The notes beneath the pieces are model-generated. The model was given only the letters and a program-made list of their open reading frames with translations, had not been told where the DNA came from and made no database searches. Below are positions 22,303 through 34,549 of a stretch of DNA of 64,000 nucleotides, one piece after another. This DNA comes from Blastocladiella emersonii ATCC 22665 (lineage: Eukaryota; Fungi; Blastocladiomycota): positions 124,001 to 188,000 of the forward strand of contig JANHCV010000014.1 of assembly GCA_025594325.1 (NCBI GenBank), given 5' to 3'. The first letter of the stretch is position 1; each line of letters starts with the position of its first letter. Position numbers and translations under genes: made by a program.

Positions 22303-22989
22303 ATGTCGTCCTCAAACCCGACTACCGAGCCCGCTGCCGCCGCGCTGCCCGTGCCCGACTCGACCTCGGCGGCGCCTGCGCCTGCTGCTACCTCCGAGAC
22401 GGCCACGTCGGCGACCGAGACGACGGCATCCCGTGCGGCTGCTCCGCCCACCGCCGCCAAGTCGGCCGACCTGGTCCGCGACAAGGACGTCAAGCACCAG
22501 TGCTGCGGGTGCATGGAGATCCGGCGCGGCGTGACGGCACTGCTCATCATCGACATTGTGCTCAACATCCTCAGCGCCATGATGATGCTCGCGGCCGTGT
22601 CCATGGCCAAGTTCGCGCTCGCGGCCGCCAAGAAGCAGGGCCGCACGATCGCGGGCAACGAGCCCGACGCCGAGGCGGCGCTCGAGGCGGCGTACCCGCT
22701 CCTGTACGTGGCCGCGGCGCTGGCGGCTGTCGGCGCGGCGTTTGCGATCTGGGGCCTCGTCAGCGTGCGCGGGCGCAAGGTCCGCAACTTCAAGATCTTC
22801 GCGACCATCAACGTGCTCCTGGTCATCGTCGACGCTATCATGCTGCCGTTCAACCTGTCGTCCGGGAGCGTGATTGTGGTCGTCGCCAAGGGGTACTTTG
22901 CCTACGTCTTCTTCTCGTACGTCGACACGATGCGCGCCGAGAAGGAGGCGATCAAGGAGCTCGAGCTCAAGGCTGCGAGCAGTGCCTGA
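22303..22989 (+). CDS. LAPTM-like tetraspan membrane protein, copy 4 (228 aa)
   Basis: ADLVRDKDVKHQCCGCMEIRRGV ... YFAYVFFSYVDTMRAEKEAI. Confidence 0.8.
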   Translation: MSSSNPTTEPAAAALPVPDSTSAAPAPAATSETATSATETTASRAAAPPTAAKSADLVRDKDVKHQCCGCMEIRRGVTALLIIDIVLNILSAMMMLAAVSMAKFALAAAKKQGRTIAGNEPDAEAALEAAYPLLYVAAALAAVGAAFAIWGLVSVRGRKVRNFKIFATINVLLVIVDAIMLPFNLSSGSVIVVVAKGYFAYVFFSYVDTMRAEKEAIKELELKAASSA

Positions 22990-23754
22990 GGGTGATGAAG
23001 TCTGTTCGCGCGAGTTGATGAGCGTAATCAAGACGGTTCTTGTTTTTTTTTTGTATCAGTGATCAGTGGGAGCAACGACGTAAGTTCGACGTGCTTGACG
23101 CAGGCGAAGAAGACACGTCTCCTGTTCACCTTCGACTATGCTATGCAACGCGAGCGTCGGATCCTAGGAGCTTGACGGCGCAGTCACCGTGCCCTTGACG
23201 TGAACAAAATCGGCGGGGCCACCAAGTAAGCCGAACGCAAGGCCGGTCAGGGATGGAGTGCCCGCAGCGACGCGTCGAGCGCGTGGCGTTCATTTCGCCC
23301 AGTCGCGCCACACCAGGTCCTCGCTCTTCCCGCCGCCCATGCATCGAGAACCGCCAACATGGAACTATGAAATAACTTGATGCAACCGTCTGAACAGCAT
23401 GTCGGGCAACCGTTGAGACTCGCTGCTGAGCGTCGCGCAAAACTTCTCGCGGGGCCGCTCCTCGCCTCCCGCGTTTCGCCGTTGCCGCGTATCTCACATT
23501 GTTCGCGACATCTCTGCTATTATGTCGATTCGGCGAATGGAGCGCCTTACTCGCGTTACGCATCCTGGGCTGGACAGCTCTGCGCGAGGCGATGTCGTTG
23601 ACCGCCCACCCGCGATAAGAGTCCCACGCCGCTCGCACGGAAGCTCTGCTCCACGACTCGTCCTGAGACAGCTGCGACTGCTCCTATCGTAGTAGCCGTG
23701 CCCAACAACTTCTCCATAACATAGGCAGGCGCCTTCCTCGCCTCACGCCCGCAG

Positions 23755-24795
23755 TTCACGGTACTGTTCGACGCCATGCACGGCGTGACCGGGCCCTACG
23801 GCAAGGCCATCTTTGTGGATGCGCTCGGCCTGCCCGCGACCTCGGTCATGAACGCGGTCCCGCTGCCCGATTTCGGGGGCGGCCACCCGGACCCGAACCT
23901 GACGTACGCGCACGAGCTCGTCGACCGCGTTGCCGCCGAGAACATCGACTTTGCCGCGGCCAGCGACGGCGACGGCGACCGCAACATGATCATTGGCCGC
24001 AACGGCACGTTCGTCAACCCGTCCGACTCGGTCGCCGTCATCGCGCACTGGGCCGAGCGCGCCATCCCCTACTTCCGCCGCACCGGTGTCAAGGGCGTCG
24101 CACGCAGCATGCCGACGAGCCAGGCGCTCGACCGCGTCGCGGCGGCCCGCGGGCTCACGTGCTACGAGGTGCCGACCGGGTGGAAGTTCTTTGGGAACCT
24201 CATGGACGCGGGCCGACTCAGCATCTGCGGCGAGGAGTCGTTCGGCACGGGGTCCGACCACATTCGCGAAAAGGACGGCCTGTGGGCGATCGTCGCCTGG
24301 CTCAGCATCCTCGCGGCCGCGGCCAACGCCGGGTGGGCCGACGTGTCGCTGCAGGCGGTCCTCGACGACTTTTACGCGTCGTTTGGCCGCAACTACTTTT
24401 CGCGCTACGACTACGAGGAGGTGGACGCGGCGGGCGCTGCCGCCATGGTCGACGCCCTGCGCGCGCGGTGGTGCTCGCCCTCTGCCGTCGGCACCGCCGT
24501 GGGGCCGTACACGATCGCCAAGTCGGGCGATTTCGCGTACACGGACCCCGTTGACGGCAGCGTGTCGACCAAGCAGGGCGTGTTCGCCGTGTTCGCCGAC
24601 GGGTCGCGCGTCGTGTTCCGCCTCTCGGGCACCGGGTCGCAGGGCGCCACGGTCCGCATGTACGTCGAGGCGTACGACGCGAACAAGACCAAGCTCGACC
24701 CGCAGGTCGCCCTCAAGCCGCTCATCGACGCGGCGCTCGGCGTCGCTGAGCTCGAGAAGTACACGGGCCGCAAGGAGCCGACCGTCATCACTTGA
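23755..24795 (+). pseudogene. PGM: 5'-truncated phosphoglucomutase (C-terminal ~345 aa only)
   Basis: [11 protein letters not shown], metal loop [34 protein letters not shown] and EPTVIT are present. Homology starts exactly at a splice acceptor (CTCACGCCCGCAG, ending 23754). I found no ASHNP phosphoserine exon between 22990 and 23754. Confidence 0.8.
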
Positions 24796-25553
24796 GCGAG
24801 CTCGAGTGGGCGGGTGTGAGGGGGGAGCGCGTCGCGCAGCAGTTTGGTCGTTCATACATCTCATCGTTCTCTCGTGTCACAGCTGTTCCCCGCGCTCTGC
24901 AGAGTTTCGCATGGCGACGCCCGCGCGCTGCATGCGCGCGTGCAAGCAGAGCAGCCGAGTGAGGGCCGGACCGCTCACATCTCATCGCTTCGGCTCACCG
25001 CCGTTGCTCGCCTGCTCGCCCGCCGGTCAGTCGACCGCCGTGCCGCGGGCACTTGATGTTCAACGCGCGAGATCGAGACCGAGTCTTGCGAGACCGTACT
25101 CTGTATCGTCATTCAACTCGCTCGCGCAACGAATGCACGCAGCAGTACATCAGACGGGCATCTGAGCAGCGTTTTCGGATCGCTCGCATCTACCCGACGT
25201 GTCTCGCGCAACATAAACCTCAACGCGGATCCGCTGACAGGCCTTCCAGAGTGCTCACTGACCATGTGGGTGGACAGCGACCTCGACGCGACTGAGCACC
25301 CGCTGGGATCCGCCTCGGCGGTTGCTCGCCACTGTGGCCGCCGTCGTGGTCACTCCCGCTCCTGTCGGGCGCGACACCCAAGGACGGCAGCCAGCGATGG
25401 CCCAAGGAGATCGCAGGAAGGATGGGGACGGATCGACGAACGCGCGCGGTCGCGTGGGTCAGGCTTGCGCCGATCAGTGACTCCCATCACTTTGGGGACG
25501 CGCCGCTCATATAAGGCGCCGCTGCCCCCCGAATGTAACACGCAATCGAAACC

Positions 25554-28212
25554 ATGAAACCATTTACTAGACGGCGACGGACCCGCTCCCTCGACTCTTC
25601 CCGCGCCGCTCGGACTGGGCGACCTCCCCGCCGAGCTCTCGTCCAACATCCTCATGCTCGCCACGCCGCGGTCGGCCGTTGCGGCCGCCACTCGCGACTT
25701 TGCCGAGCTCGTCGGCAAGCAGTGGGTGCAGTGGATCTGGCGCTTGACTTGCTTGACCGCCGTGTCCGGGCCCAACGGTGGCGGCGGTGCTTTTGGCAAC
25801 ACGCTCTCAATCCACAACTCGATGCCGCTTACGCCGTACCTGCGTCATCGCGCTCGTGCCGCGGCGGCCGACGCCGAGTCTCGTATCGTCGATCGCGGAT
25901 TCTGGCTTCACGGTCCTGACGTGTTTAATGCGCCGATGCTCGCCCGCCTCTTCGAGCGCGTTGCGCCTTGCCTTCCCGACGACCTGACGACCGCCGACAT
26001 GTCCGAGTGGCCGCTCACTCTGCTCGCTGGCGGCGGCGACGGCAACGACTTTGTGCCCACCCTCTCGCACGTCAAAAACTTCTACCTGCCGTACCAGCTC
26101 GCGCTCTACGTTACTGCGACTGGCAACGGCGCCTGTCTGATCCTTACGCTCGATTTTTTGGCTTCCGACAAGCGCTTCCTTCAGCACAGTCTCCAAGTGG
26201 CCGACTGGGCGCCGCTCGATCTCGAATGGCGCGACGGCGTTACCCAAGCTTACCTCAGCCACCGCGTCGACGTCGATACCACCGATGACGAGGGCGGCGA
26301 CACCGATATCAACGAGATTGCTTCGAGTCGGAGCACGAGCGCGCGCGCATGACCATCGTCGAGGTCCTCGCGCTTGCGTGTCTCAAGTGGTGGCGCCCCA
26401 ACATGCTCTCGATCGTCACCGATACCAAGTACGGCTTCAACGTGGGCCAGTTTCGACGCAAATTGTTTCATGGTGGCCTCTTCAAGCTCATGTCGGCGTC
26501 GTGCGACCAATCGCTTCCCTTCGACCGCATCATCTCGACGCTCAAGTGGTTCCTCGTGGACTCGGACGAGCACGACACCAAGCGGACCTTCTCGGTTGCG
26601 CTCGTGCTTTGCGGCAAGTGCGGCGGACCCGTGCTCTTGGAGCTGTTCGACAAGTTTGACAAGCGGATTTACGAGCATGACGAGATCCACTTCGATCACT
26701 TGCGCGCCATCACCCACTATGTGCTGCAGGACCGCGGCACCAGCATCGACCAGATTCTCGAGACCGGCGAGATCGAGGGCCACGGGTCGACGCTTATCTG
26801 GCTCGCCGACCTTGGCCTGATCGACAACAGCACGGCTCCGCATCTACTCGTGCTCCTCCTCTTCACAGATCCGGCCGGCGCTCGGGACTTTGCTAGTGCG
26901 AGCTGCTTTTCGCAGTACAAGGCCGAGCTGCTTGCCTTTGGTACGTCTTCTCTGTATCGACGTAAAGCTCGTACGACGGGGACTAACTCATTGCGCATTT
27001 TCCTCCTCCTCAACTTATTCTAGTGGCGTGTGCCGTGCTCGGGCTCAGCTTCAGTGGCGGCGGCAACACGGCCTTTGCCCTCGGCGAGGACTCGCTCGAC
27101 GTGTACGACTACTGGCACTGGGCTGCGCCGACCAAGTCTTCCTTGCTTCTGTCGCGACTCGACGAGATTATCCGGCTCGCGCTTTCCCTCGAATTCGACC
27201 CATGCCTCGTGCTCGCGCAGTCGGACTGCCTCGCTACACTCAACGACATTGGGATCCTCAACGACGTGCTGCTGTTCATCGACGCGCACACGGACACGTT
27301 CCGTGCCTACGGGAGCGACCTGCACCTCCTGCTGCTGGAGCGCGTCGACGAGTCGTGTGCGCCCACCTTTGCGCGGCTCGTCGTGGCCTTGCTGTGCGAC
27401 AACTTGACGTTCGAGTACGCGCTCGACACGCTGCCTCGCGAACACCGCGGGCGCAGGCAGCATCACGTCGCCTCGCTCCGACTTTGGCCTCCTCTTCTCG
27501 CCGGCTGCTCGCGCCGCACCTCATTGCTGGACCGTCGAAGCATTTATGGCGAGTCTCCCGTGCCGCTTTCACACGCCAGCCTTGCTCGCCGCGTCTCCCG
27601 CCATCCCGACTGCGGGCTTTTCTCGCGTCATCACCCCGCGCGCAATCCCTGCTGCGGTGACGAACGTGGCACCCGCCGACCTCCCGGACCCGGCGTGGAA
27701 GCCGTGGCAGTGCGCGATCCGCGTCGCGCTGACCAAGATTCCCAACACGCTGACGCGCGCCGCGATCCAGGCCGAGCTTCGCGGCACCGTGTTCTCGAGC
27801 GAGTCGCTGATCATGGCCGACTTTCTTTGCCGCGGCGAGCTCTTGACTGGTGTGCGCGGCCCCCGGGTCCGACGTCGCGTGGATCATCGACGGGCTACAC
27901 CGGACCAACCCGGAGGTTCTCGTCCGCAACCTCGCGCAGCTGCGCGCGTCGAGCCCACGCAACGTCTGGCGAATCCTTCCGCCTGGCGCGCTCGAGGGCG
28001 TTTGGTCGCCGACAGAGGTTCTTGACGCCGTGCGCGTGATCATCGACAACTCGCGCTTCGGCGAGGTCCAGTGCGACGAGTGGATGACAGAAGTCGCGGA
28101 CGCGATCGGTGATCTCACCCACAATCCCGAGCTCATCGAGCTGCTGCGTGCCGAATACGAGCTGCGCGGCATTCCGACTTTGTTCCAAGGGATGATCGCA
28201 CCTGCTGCTTGA
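25554..28212 (+). pseudogene. Divergent family-1 F-box-like gene with about 4 frameshifts and one intron (26941-27023)
   Basis: ATATAAG at 25509 and AAACCATG at 25554. Removing one A gives MNHLLD..LGDLPAELSSNILMLATPRSAV. Frame changes occur near 26345, 27445 and 27860. The intron is GTACGT..ACTAAC..TAG, and the C-terminus contains VWRILPPGALEGV. Confidence 0.6.
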
Positions 28213-28551
28213 TGGGTTTGATGGTTGTTGTTGTGATTTGTTGATTTTGCTTTCCTCGATGCATTTCGCTCTTTCTGCGTCACCGCTCTCCCTCCTTGTC
28301 CTGACCCTGATCGCATGTACATGTAACGACATTTCTCCGGGAGGCTCAACGTCCGCACGGTTACAGGAGCGTATTTGAGGGATAGTTGCCGCTGCCTTTA
28401 ATGAGCGGTTTGGGCTACGGGTCACTGCCAAGCTCAGTAGCATTAAATGTGCAATCACAAACAGTGGCCGCATGCATGACGGCTATCATCGTTGGCGGGG
28501 CGAGCCACGCATCAGCGCGTTCGCCAAGTCAAGGCCGCAGCCAAACAGAAA

Positions 28552-28605
28552 CTTTTCAGCTAAAGCCTTTGCAAATGTAACGCAGGCTTCGCTTTAGCTG
28601 GAAAG
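28552..28605 (+). other. Stem-loop: 15 bp stem (one U-G pair) with a further partly paired interior
   Basis: CTTTTCAGCTAAAGC (28552-28566) pairs with GCTTTAGCTGGAAAG (28591-28605), in an AT-richer non-coding stretch. Confidence 0.6.
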
Positions 28606-28894
28606 CTTACGGCGGTGAGCACCGGGGCCTTTTCAGCGTTCTTATGCAGGCTGCGAATCGCAGGAACCTCGAACAGTCTCGTGTTCCTCTCTGTCGATCT
28701 TGCGCCGAGATCAGCTGTCAAGTGTAAACATCAACGTTGTGGTCTTTCGAAGAAACTGTCGAACGAGGACGGTGCAGCGCTGAGAGACGCGTCGATCAAT
28801 CATGTGGTTTCCGGGTGACCGGACCGGCCGGTTTGCCCCAGCTCAGCTCGTCAGTCGCGCTCAAAGACCCTGCCACTCTACCCCTCGACCCTCC

Positions 28895-29586
28895 ATGAAG
28901 CAGACAACGATGCCACCACGTGCAACTCGCTCGGCGGATGCAGCCGAACCGAAGACAGAGTCCGCCAAACAGTCGAAGCGGGAACGGCCACCGAAGCGAG
29001 CGCGGCCAGAGCACGCCAACGAGAAGCGTGCGTCTCAGGACACCCATTACCCCCTCGAAAGCCCCCCCCCACCGACAACTCCGAACTGTGTAGACAAACG
29101 CGTCAAGAAGAACCCGGTGCGCGCGTCGCCGTCGCCGATTGACATTTACGTGACGACGGACAAGACGACGCCGGTCCGCGCGTACCTCGCCCGCGCGCGC
29201 AAGATGCTCGACACGCAAGGGTACGCTGCTATACTCAACGCCCATCAACGGCACACCCACACCACCACGACGTGTTTAGAGAAAACTTTGTGGTGATCCA
29301 CGGCCTCGGCAAGGCGATTGAGCGGGCGGCGCTCGTCGCGACGATGCTGCAGGAGCAGTACCTGGGCGCGGCCACGCTCGAGGTGACGACGGACACGGTG
29401 CGGCTGGCGGACGAGCTCGACTACGAGAACGAGGACCTGGAGCCCGAGATGGACGTGCGGCAGTCGTCGGCGATCCATGTGCGGGTAGCCAAGAAGGCGA
29501 TCCTCAGCTCGGCGCTGCAGGGCGTGTCGGCAGCGGCGTCGCAGGCCGAGCGTGGGGCGGAGCAGCAGGTGAGTACGAAACCATGA
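28895..29586 (+). CDS. POP7: RNase P/MRP subunit Rpp20/Pop7 (Alba fold), join(28895..29027,29094..29220,29280..29586), left-arm copy
   Basis: KRVKKNP..DIYV..KT.VRAYLARARKML, VVIHGLGKAIERA, EVTTDTVRLADE, RQSSAIHVRV. Two canonical introns. Confidence 0.85.
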
Positions 29587-30568
29587 GCCGAAATACAGTG
29601 ATGCTCCTCGGAACCACATCCAGCTCGCGGCTCGACGATGAGACGCGACTCGACCACGGCTAGGGCGAGCGGAGGGGATGCCTGCCCTCCCATTCCCATG
29701 GCAGCGCGGCGAACCGTCGCACCAGACGCGTCTTGCGCAGGTGTTAGCCGCAGGGGGTCGACGCCGCGTCGTGCTGCGGCTGCGGTGCTAGCTGCGTTGT
29801 GACTCTGAGCACGTCGAGTCTTCACACCCGCGACATGACGTGGCGCACCGTTGCCTCGCGCACAGATTGTCGTCGCCCGCGTTGGGGTTCGTGCATCCTG
29901 CGGAATGGGCGGGATTCGCCCCAGATCCTGCGCTCAGGGCCAGATCAGGGCGTGGCGGCGAGTGGTCAGGGCTCGACTGGGCCCGGATTGCGCCCTGACG
30001 GCGCGCGCACACAGCGCTGGGGCCAGATTTGACGCGGATCGCGGCACGATGGGGGCGTGAGCAGTGCGCGAGCGAGTGTGTGAAGGTCGCAGGCCATGTC
30101 AGTCGCTCGCTCGCGCGCGCTGGTGCTACGGTCTCACGAGCGGATGCAGTGTAATGGGTGAGTGTATTCTGGCCCGCGGCCGTGCAAGCAATCTTGGCGC
30201 GATGAAGTGGGTTGCGGCGAGGTGGCAGAGGAGAGAGTGCGCGCCTGCGGGTCTTCATGGCCGCCAACGGTGGCTGTGGCCGCGCAGGATGGCCGCGGCC
30301 ATCGCCAAGTGCGGGCGTGTGGGCCCAATGGATGATGCGGCGGAAACCACACGCGCTAGCCGTCCGTGTGCTTGCGCGCGAGCGGCCGAGGTACTCGGTC
30401 AGCGACGGGGGTGAGTCCGGGGCGGGCTGCACGCGGCACGGGCGCAGGGCGATAATCGAGCGGGCGGCCGCGGTCGTGAACACGGCGGGCGAAGCGAGAA
30501 TCCGCCCGCCGCTGTAGCAAAAGAAGTGCGAGGAGCGAGGATGCGGTCGCGCAGGCGGTCCTTGGCGG

Positions 30569-33500
30569 GATGCGCCAGTGGAAGAAGGCGCGGGCGCGGG
30601 TCCACTTGAGCACGGCGCGCACCGCGCCCTTGGCCTTCATGCGCCAGGGCGCGTCGTGCGGGTCGGCGAACTTGAGCGGGGCCTGGTGGTAGGCGGGCAG
30701 CAGCGACTCCTGACGCGGCTGGTGCTGCGCCTGCAGCGCGGCGCGCGTCGCTGCGAGGTTCTCGTCGCCCGAGTCGTACTTCTTGGACGCAGCGTCGCCG
30801 GCTAATTTGCTGCCGCTATCCGCAGCAGCGGCGCCAGCATTCGCGGGCGCGACCTTGGACTTCCAGCGGCGGCAGCCGTCGTCGAGGCAGTCGATGGTGG
30901 CGAGCAGCTGGAGCTTGCGGAAGGTAATCTCGACCAGGCCCTTGGGCTCGAGGACGCCGCCGCGGGCGCTCGCGTCGGCGTACATCTTCATGCCGCCGCT
31001 CTGGTGGATCGACGGACCAAGAACGACCCGGGCGCCGCCGCGGAGCTCGCCGTGCGGGGCAATGTAGACGAACACGGGTCGCAGATAGGTGCGCAGCGCG
31101 TCGACAATGTAGCTGCCAAACTTGAGGATGGCGTCGAACATGTCGCGCTGGCCGCCCAAGAACCCGCGCCAGTTGGCGAAGATGAGCAGCGGGAGCCCCT
31201 CGTGGCCGAAGTCGCGGATCACCTGCGCCGTCCTGTACGAGGACGCGGGCGTCCACACGCCGGGCGGGTCGCCGACCATCTGCTCGGCCGATTCCGGGTT
31301 CGCCGGGGTCGGCGGGGATCACGGCCTCAACGGCGCGTCTTGACGGCGATCGCGCCGCGGGAACACCGCCGAGACGGCCGCGGCCAACCACCACCAATTC
31401 GCTCCACCCGTCCATGGTCTCCATGCACGATCCGAGGTCAAAAAAAAACCCGCCGACCCGCGCGCCCGTCTCGTCGCGCGACCAGCGCGCCGCCGTCAAC
31501 GAAACGAGCAGCGACCCAAACAGCGACGACAGGGCTGTGTCGGCGTCGGCGCCGTTGGCCTCGTCGTCCTCGGCGTTGGTCGCGAGCACCTCGACCGCGA
31601 CGTTGAGCACGTGCCACGGCTCGGTGCGGCCGAGCTTCTTGGCCTTGACCTGCCGGAACAGCACGAGGCTCGCGGGCAGGTGCTGCTGGAGCTTGGCGGC
31701 GTCGCGGACGGCGGCCATGATGCCGACACGGACGTGGCCGAGGTCGCCGCACTCGATCATGGCCGTGCGCATGTTGTTGTACGCGGACCCGCCGGCGGCG
31801 GCGGTCGATGCGTTGCCGATCCCGAGGTCGTCGGCAGGGAACTGGAAGTGCCACTCGACGAGCGGGCCGGGGACCGCGTCGAGTTGCTTGGCGGCGTGGG
31901 CGCGGTGGGTGTTGAAGCCGCGGCGCACGTACATGTCGAGGGCAATGAGGCGGTCGACGGCGGGCACGTCGTGCTCGTATAAGAGCGAGGGCAGGACGTC
32001 AAAAATCGAGAGGGGCAAGTTGATCAGGTTCATGGCCTCCTCGTGCACGGTGGGCGACGCCTCGGGCAGCGACGCGACGGCGCGCATCACGTCACAGAAC
32101 TGGCGGTACCGCTCGTCGAACCCGGGCAGCTGCATCGCGATCAGCAGCGCGCGGACGCGGAGCTGGACCGACTGGGCGCCCTTGGCCTTGGCGACTGACG
32201 ACGAGACGGCAGCGGCGCCGCCGAGCTCGGCGAGCTGGTAGAGCGCCGTGCACAGCTTCTGGACGTTGGCGGAGCAAGCGAGGACCGAGCGCTGGGCGGC
32301 GACGAGGTCGAGGACCGCGCCGATCGCCTCACCCTTCCACGCGGCGCGCGACCGCGAAAAGCACGTCCAGTAGAGCGTCTCGGGCTCCATGCGGGTGCGG
32401 AGCTCGAGCACCGTCTTCTCGGTGTGCACGGCGTCGCCGCCCGACATGAACGGCGACTCGGACGCGTGGAACCGGCGGATCAGGCGGTTGAGCTCGGCGA
32501 CGGCGTGCGCGTCAGCGCCCGCCTCGTACTTGTGGACGACCTCGAGGATTGGCGCAATGGCCGCCTGGTCGGGGACCGTGGCGAGGAGCGTGAGCGGCCC
32601 GGCGGCCAGGAACGGCGTGGCGTTGGTCGACGACGCGGGCGATACGAGGTCGAGCAGCTTGCCCTTGAGGTTGTGGGGCAACCGGTCGTGGTCACCGCCA
32701 AAGACCTGCGCCGCGTGGTGGTCCGGCAGCTCGGGGCGGTGGATTACGTCGAGGTACGCGGTCAGGAGCGACGCGAAGGCCTGCACCTGCTCGAACCCGT
32801 CAACGGCCTGGTTGAGCGCCTGCTGCAGGTCGAGGTGCCGCTGGTGGGCCTTGTTGGTCGTTGAGACGCAGGACGAGCAGGTCGCGGGCGGCGAGGGTCA
32901 CGGCAATGTTGTAGCGCACGCCGTCGAGGATGAAGGAGGTCGAGAACTGGTTCTTGATGCCGGCGAGCGTGGGCACCTGGCCCTTCTCGAGCGACTTGAG
33001 GAACTGAGCCTTCTGGTCCTCAGCGGCGAGGAAGGCCATGGTGGCGGTGCCCGTGACGACCGAGACCCAGCGATCGGGCCGCTCGGCCGTGAGTTTCTGC
33101 TGGATGCGGGCGTCGAGCCACTCGGTCGAGAAGTGGTTGTTGGCGAACTCGTCCGTCTCGAGCAGCATGATGAGGATTTCGGCGGTCGTGGGGAAGTCGC
33201 CGCGGATGCGCAGCTCCTTGAGCGCCGTGATCATGTTGCGGCGCGACGAGTGGCGGTCATAGCCATACGCGCACACGTGGCCAAACTGCGAGTCGGCACA
33301 CTCGTGCAGCCCGCCGTTGGCCAAGACGGAGAAGTAGCCCCACACGTCCGTCAACGACCGGAAGTTGAGCTCGACGGGGTGCCCGCCCGCCGAACGGCTT
33401 GAACCCGGCGTCCGGGTTCTCGGCCGTGATGCGGCACGCGATGACGCGGTCCGTCGGCGCCGGCTTGCGCTGGATCGTCAGCGACTGCGGGTGGTCGAAA

Positions 33501-34549
33501 TGGAAGTCGATCTCGGACGTGGTACGCGGCGGCAGCCTGTACAGCATACGCACGTGCGGGATGCGGTGCAGCGGGATGCCCATGGCGACCTGCAGCTGCG
33601 TCGCAGGGAGGTTGATGCCCGAGACCATCTCGGTGATCGGGTGCTTGACCTGCAGGTGCGGGTTGAACTCGAGGAAGTAGTACTTGTTGCTGGCCACGTC
33701 GTAGAGAAACTCGACGATGCCGGCGTTGACGTCGCCGACGAGCTTGGCGAGGCGGACGGCCGACACCTTCATGTCCTTGAAGATGGCCGGGTTGGCGATG
33801 GTGACGGGGGCCTCCTCGATGATCTTCTGGTGGCAGCGCTGGACCGAGCAGTCGCGGCCGAACAGCGAGATGGTGTTGCTGTACGCGTCGGCGAGGATCT
33901 GGACCTCGAGGTGGCGCGCGTTGGACGCCAGGCGCATGCGGAAGACGGGCGAGCCCTGCACCTCGGCGGCGACCTGCACAAACGCGGCGCGGAACTGCGA
34001 CGGGTCCGTGACCTTGCGGATGCCCTCGCCGCTGCCGCCCTTGGACTCCTTGATCTGCTCGGTTCGGGGGTGCGCGGGTGAGCGAGCTGGTCGATAACAC
34101 GTCTAAGCGACAGAATCAACATACCACAGGCGGATAGCCCACGCGGTCCAGCGACCTTAATGGCCTGCTCGACGTTGGTGACGCAGGCCTTGAGGTAGAG
34201 GTCCTCGGGGACGATGATCATGCCGTCGGCGTTGCGGGCGTTGGTGACGAGGCCGTCGCCGGACCAGCCCATGGTGGGGACGTTGGCGGACTGGGCGACG
34301 ATGGTGGAGGAGATCTTGCTGCCAAGGGTGCGCATGGCGTTGTCAGGCGGGCCGATGAAGACGATGCCCCTCTCGACGAGGCGGTCGGGCAGGTGCGGGT
34401 TCTCGGAGGCGTGGCCCCAGCCGGCCCGCACGGCGTCGACGCCGGCCGACTTGGCGAGCTCGACGATCAGGTCGATGTCGGCGTAGTACTAGTTGTTGTC
34501 GCTGAGGCCGCCGGGGACCAGGATGAAGTGCTCGTCCATGCGGATGCAC
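30569..34549 (-). pseudogene. ACC1: Acetyl-CoA carboxylase pseudogene, left-arm copy
   Basis: Mirror of 58260-62240. It has BC motifs (AGWGHASENP, RDCSVQR.HQK, ITAENPD), part of the central domain and CT C-lobe motifs (ANWRGF.GGQRDM, GELRGG), plus a stop, frameshifts and domain deletions. Confidence 0.92.
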
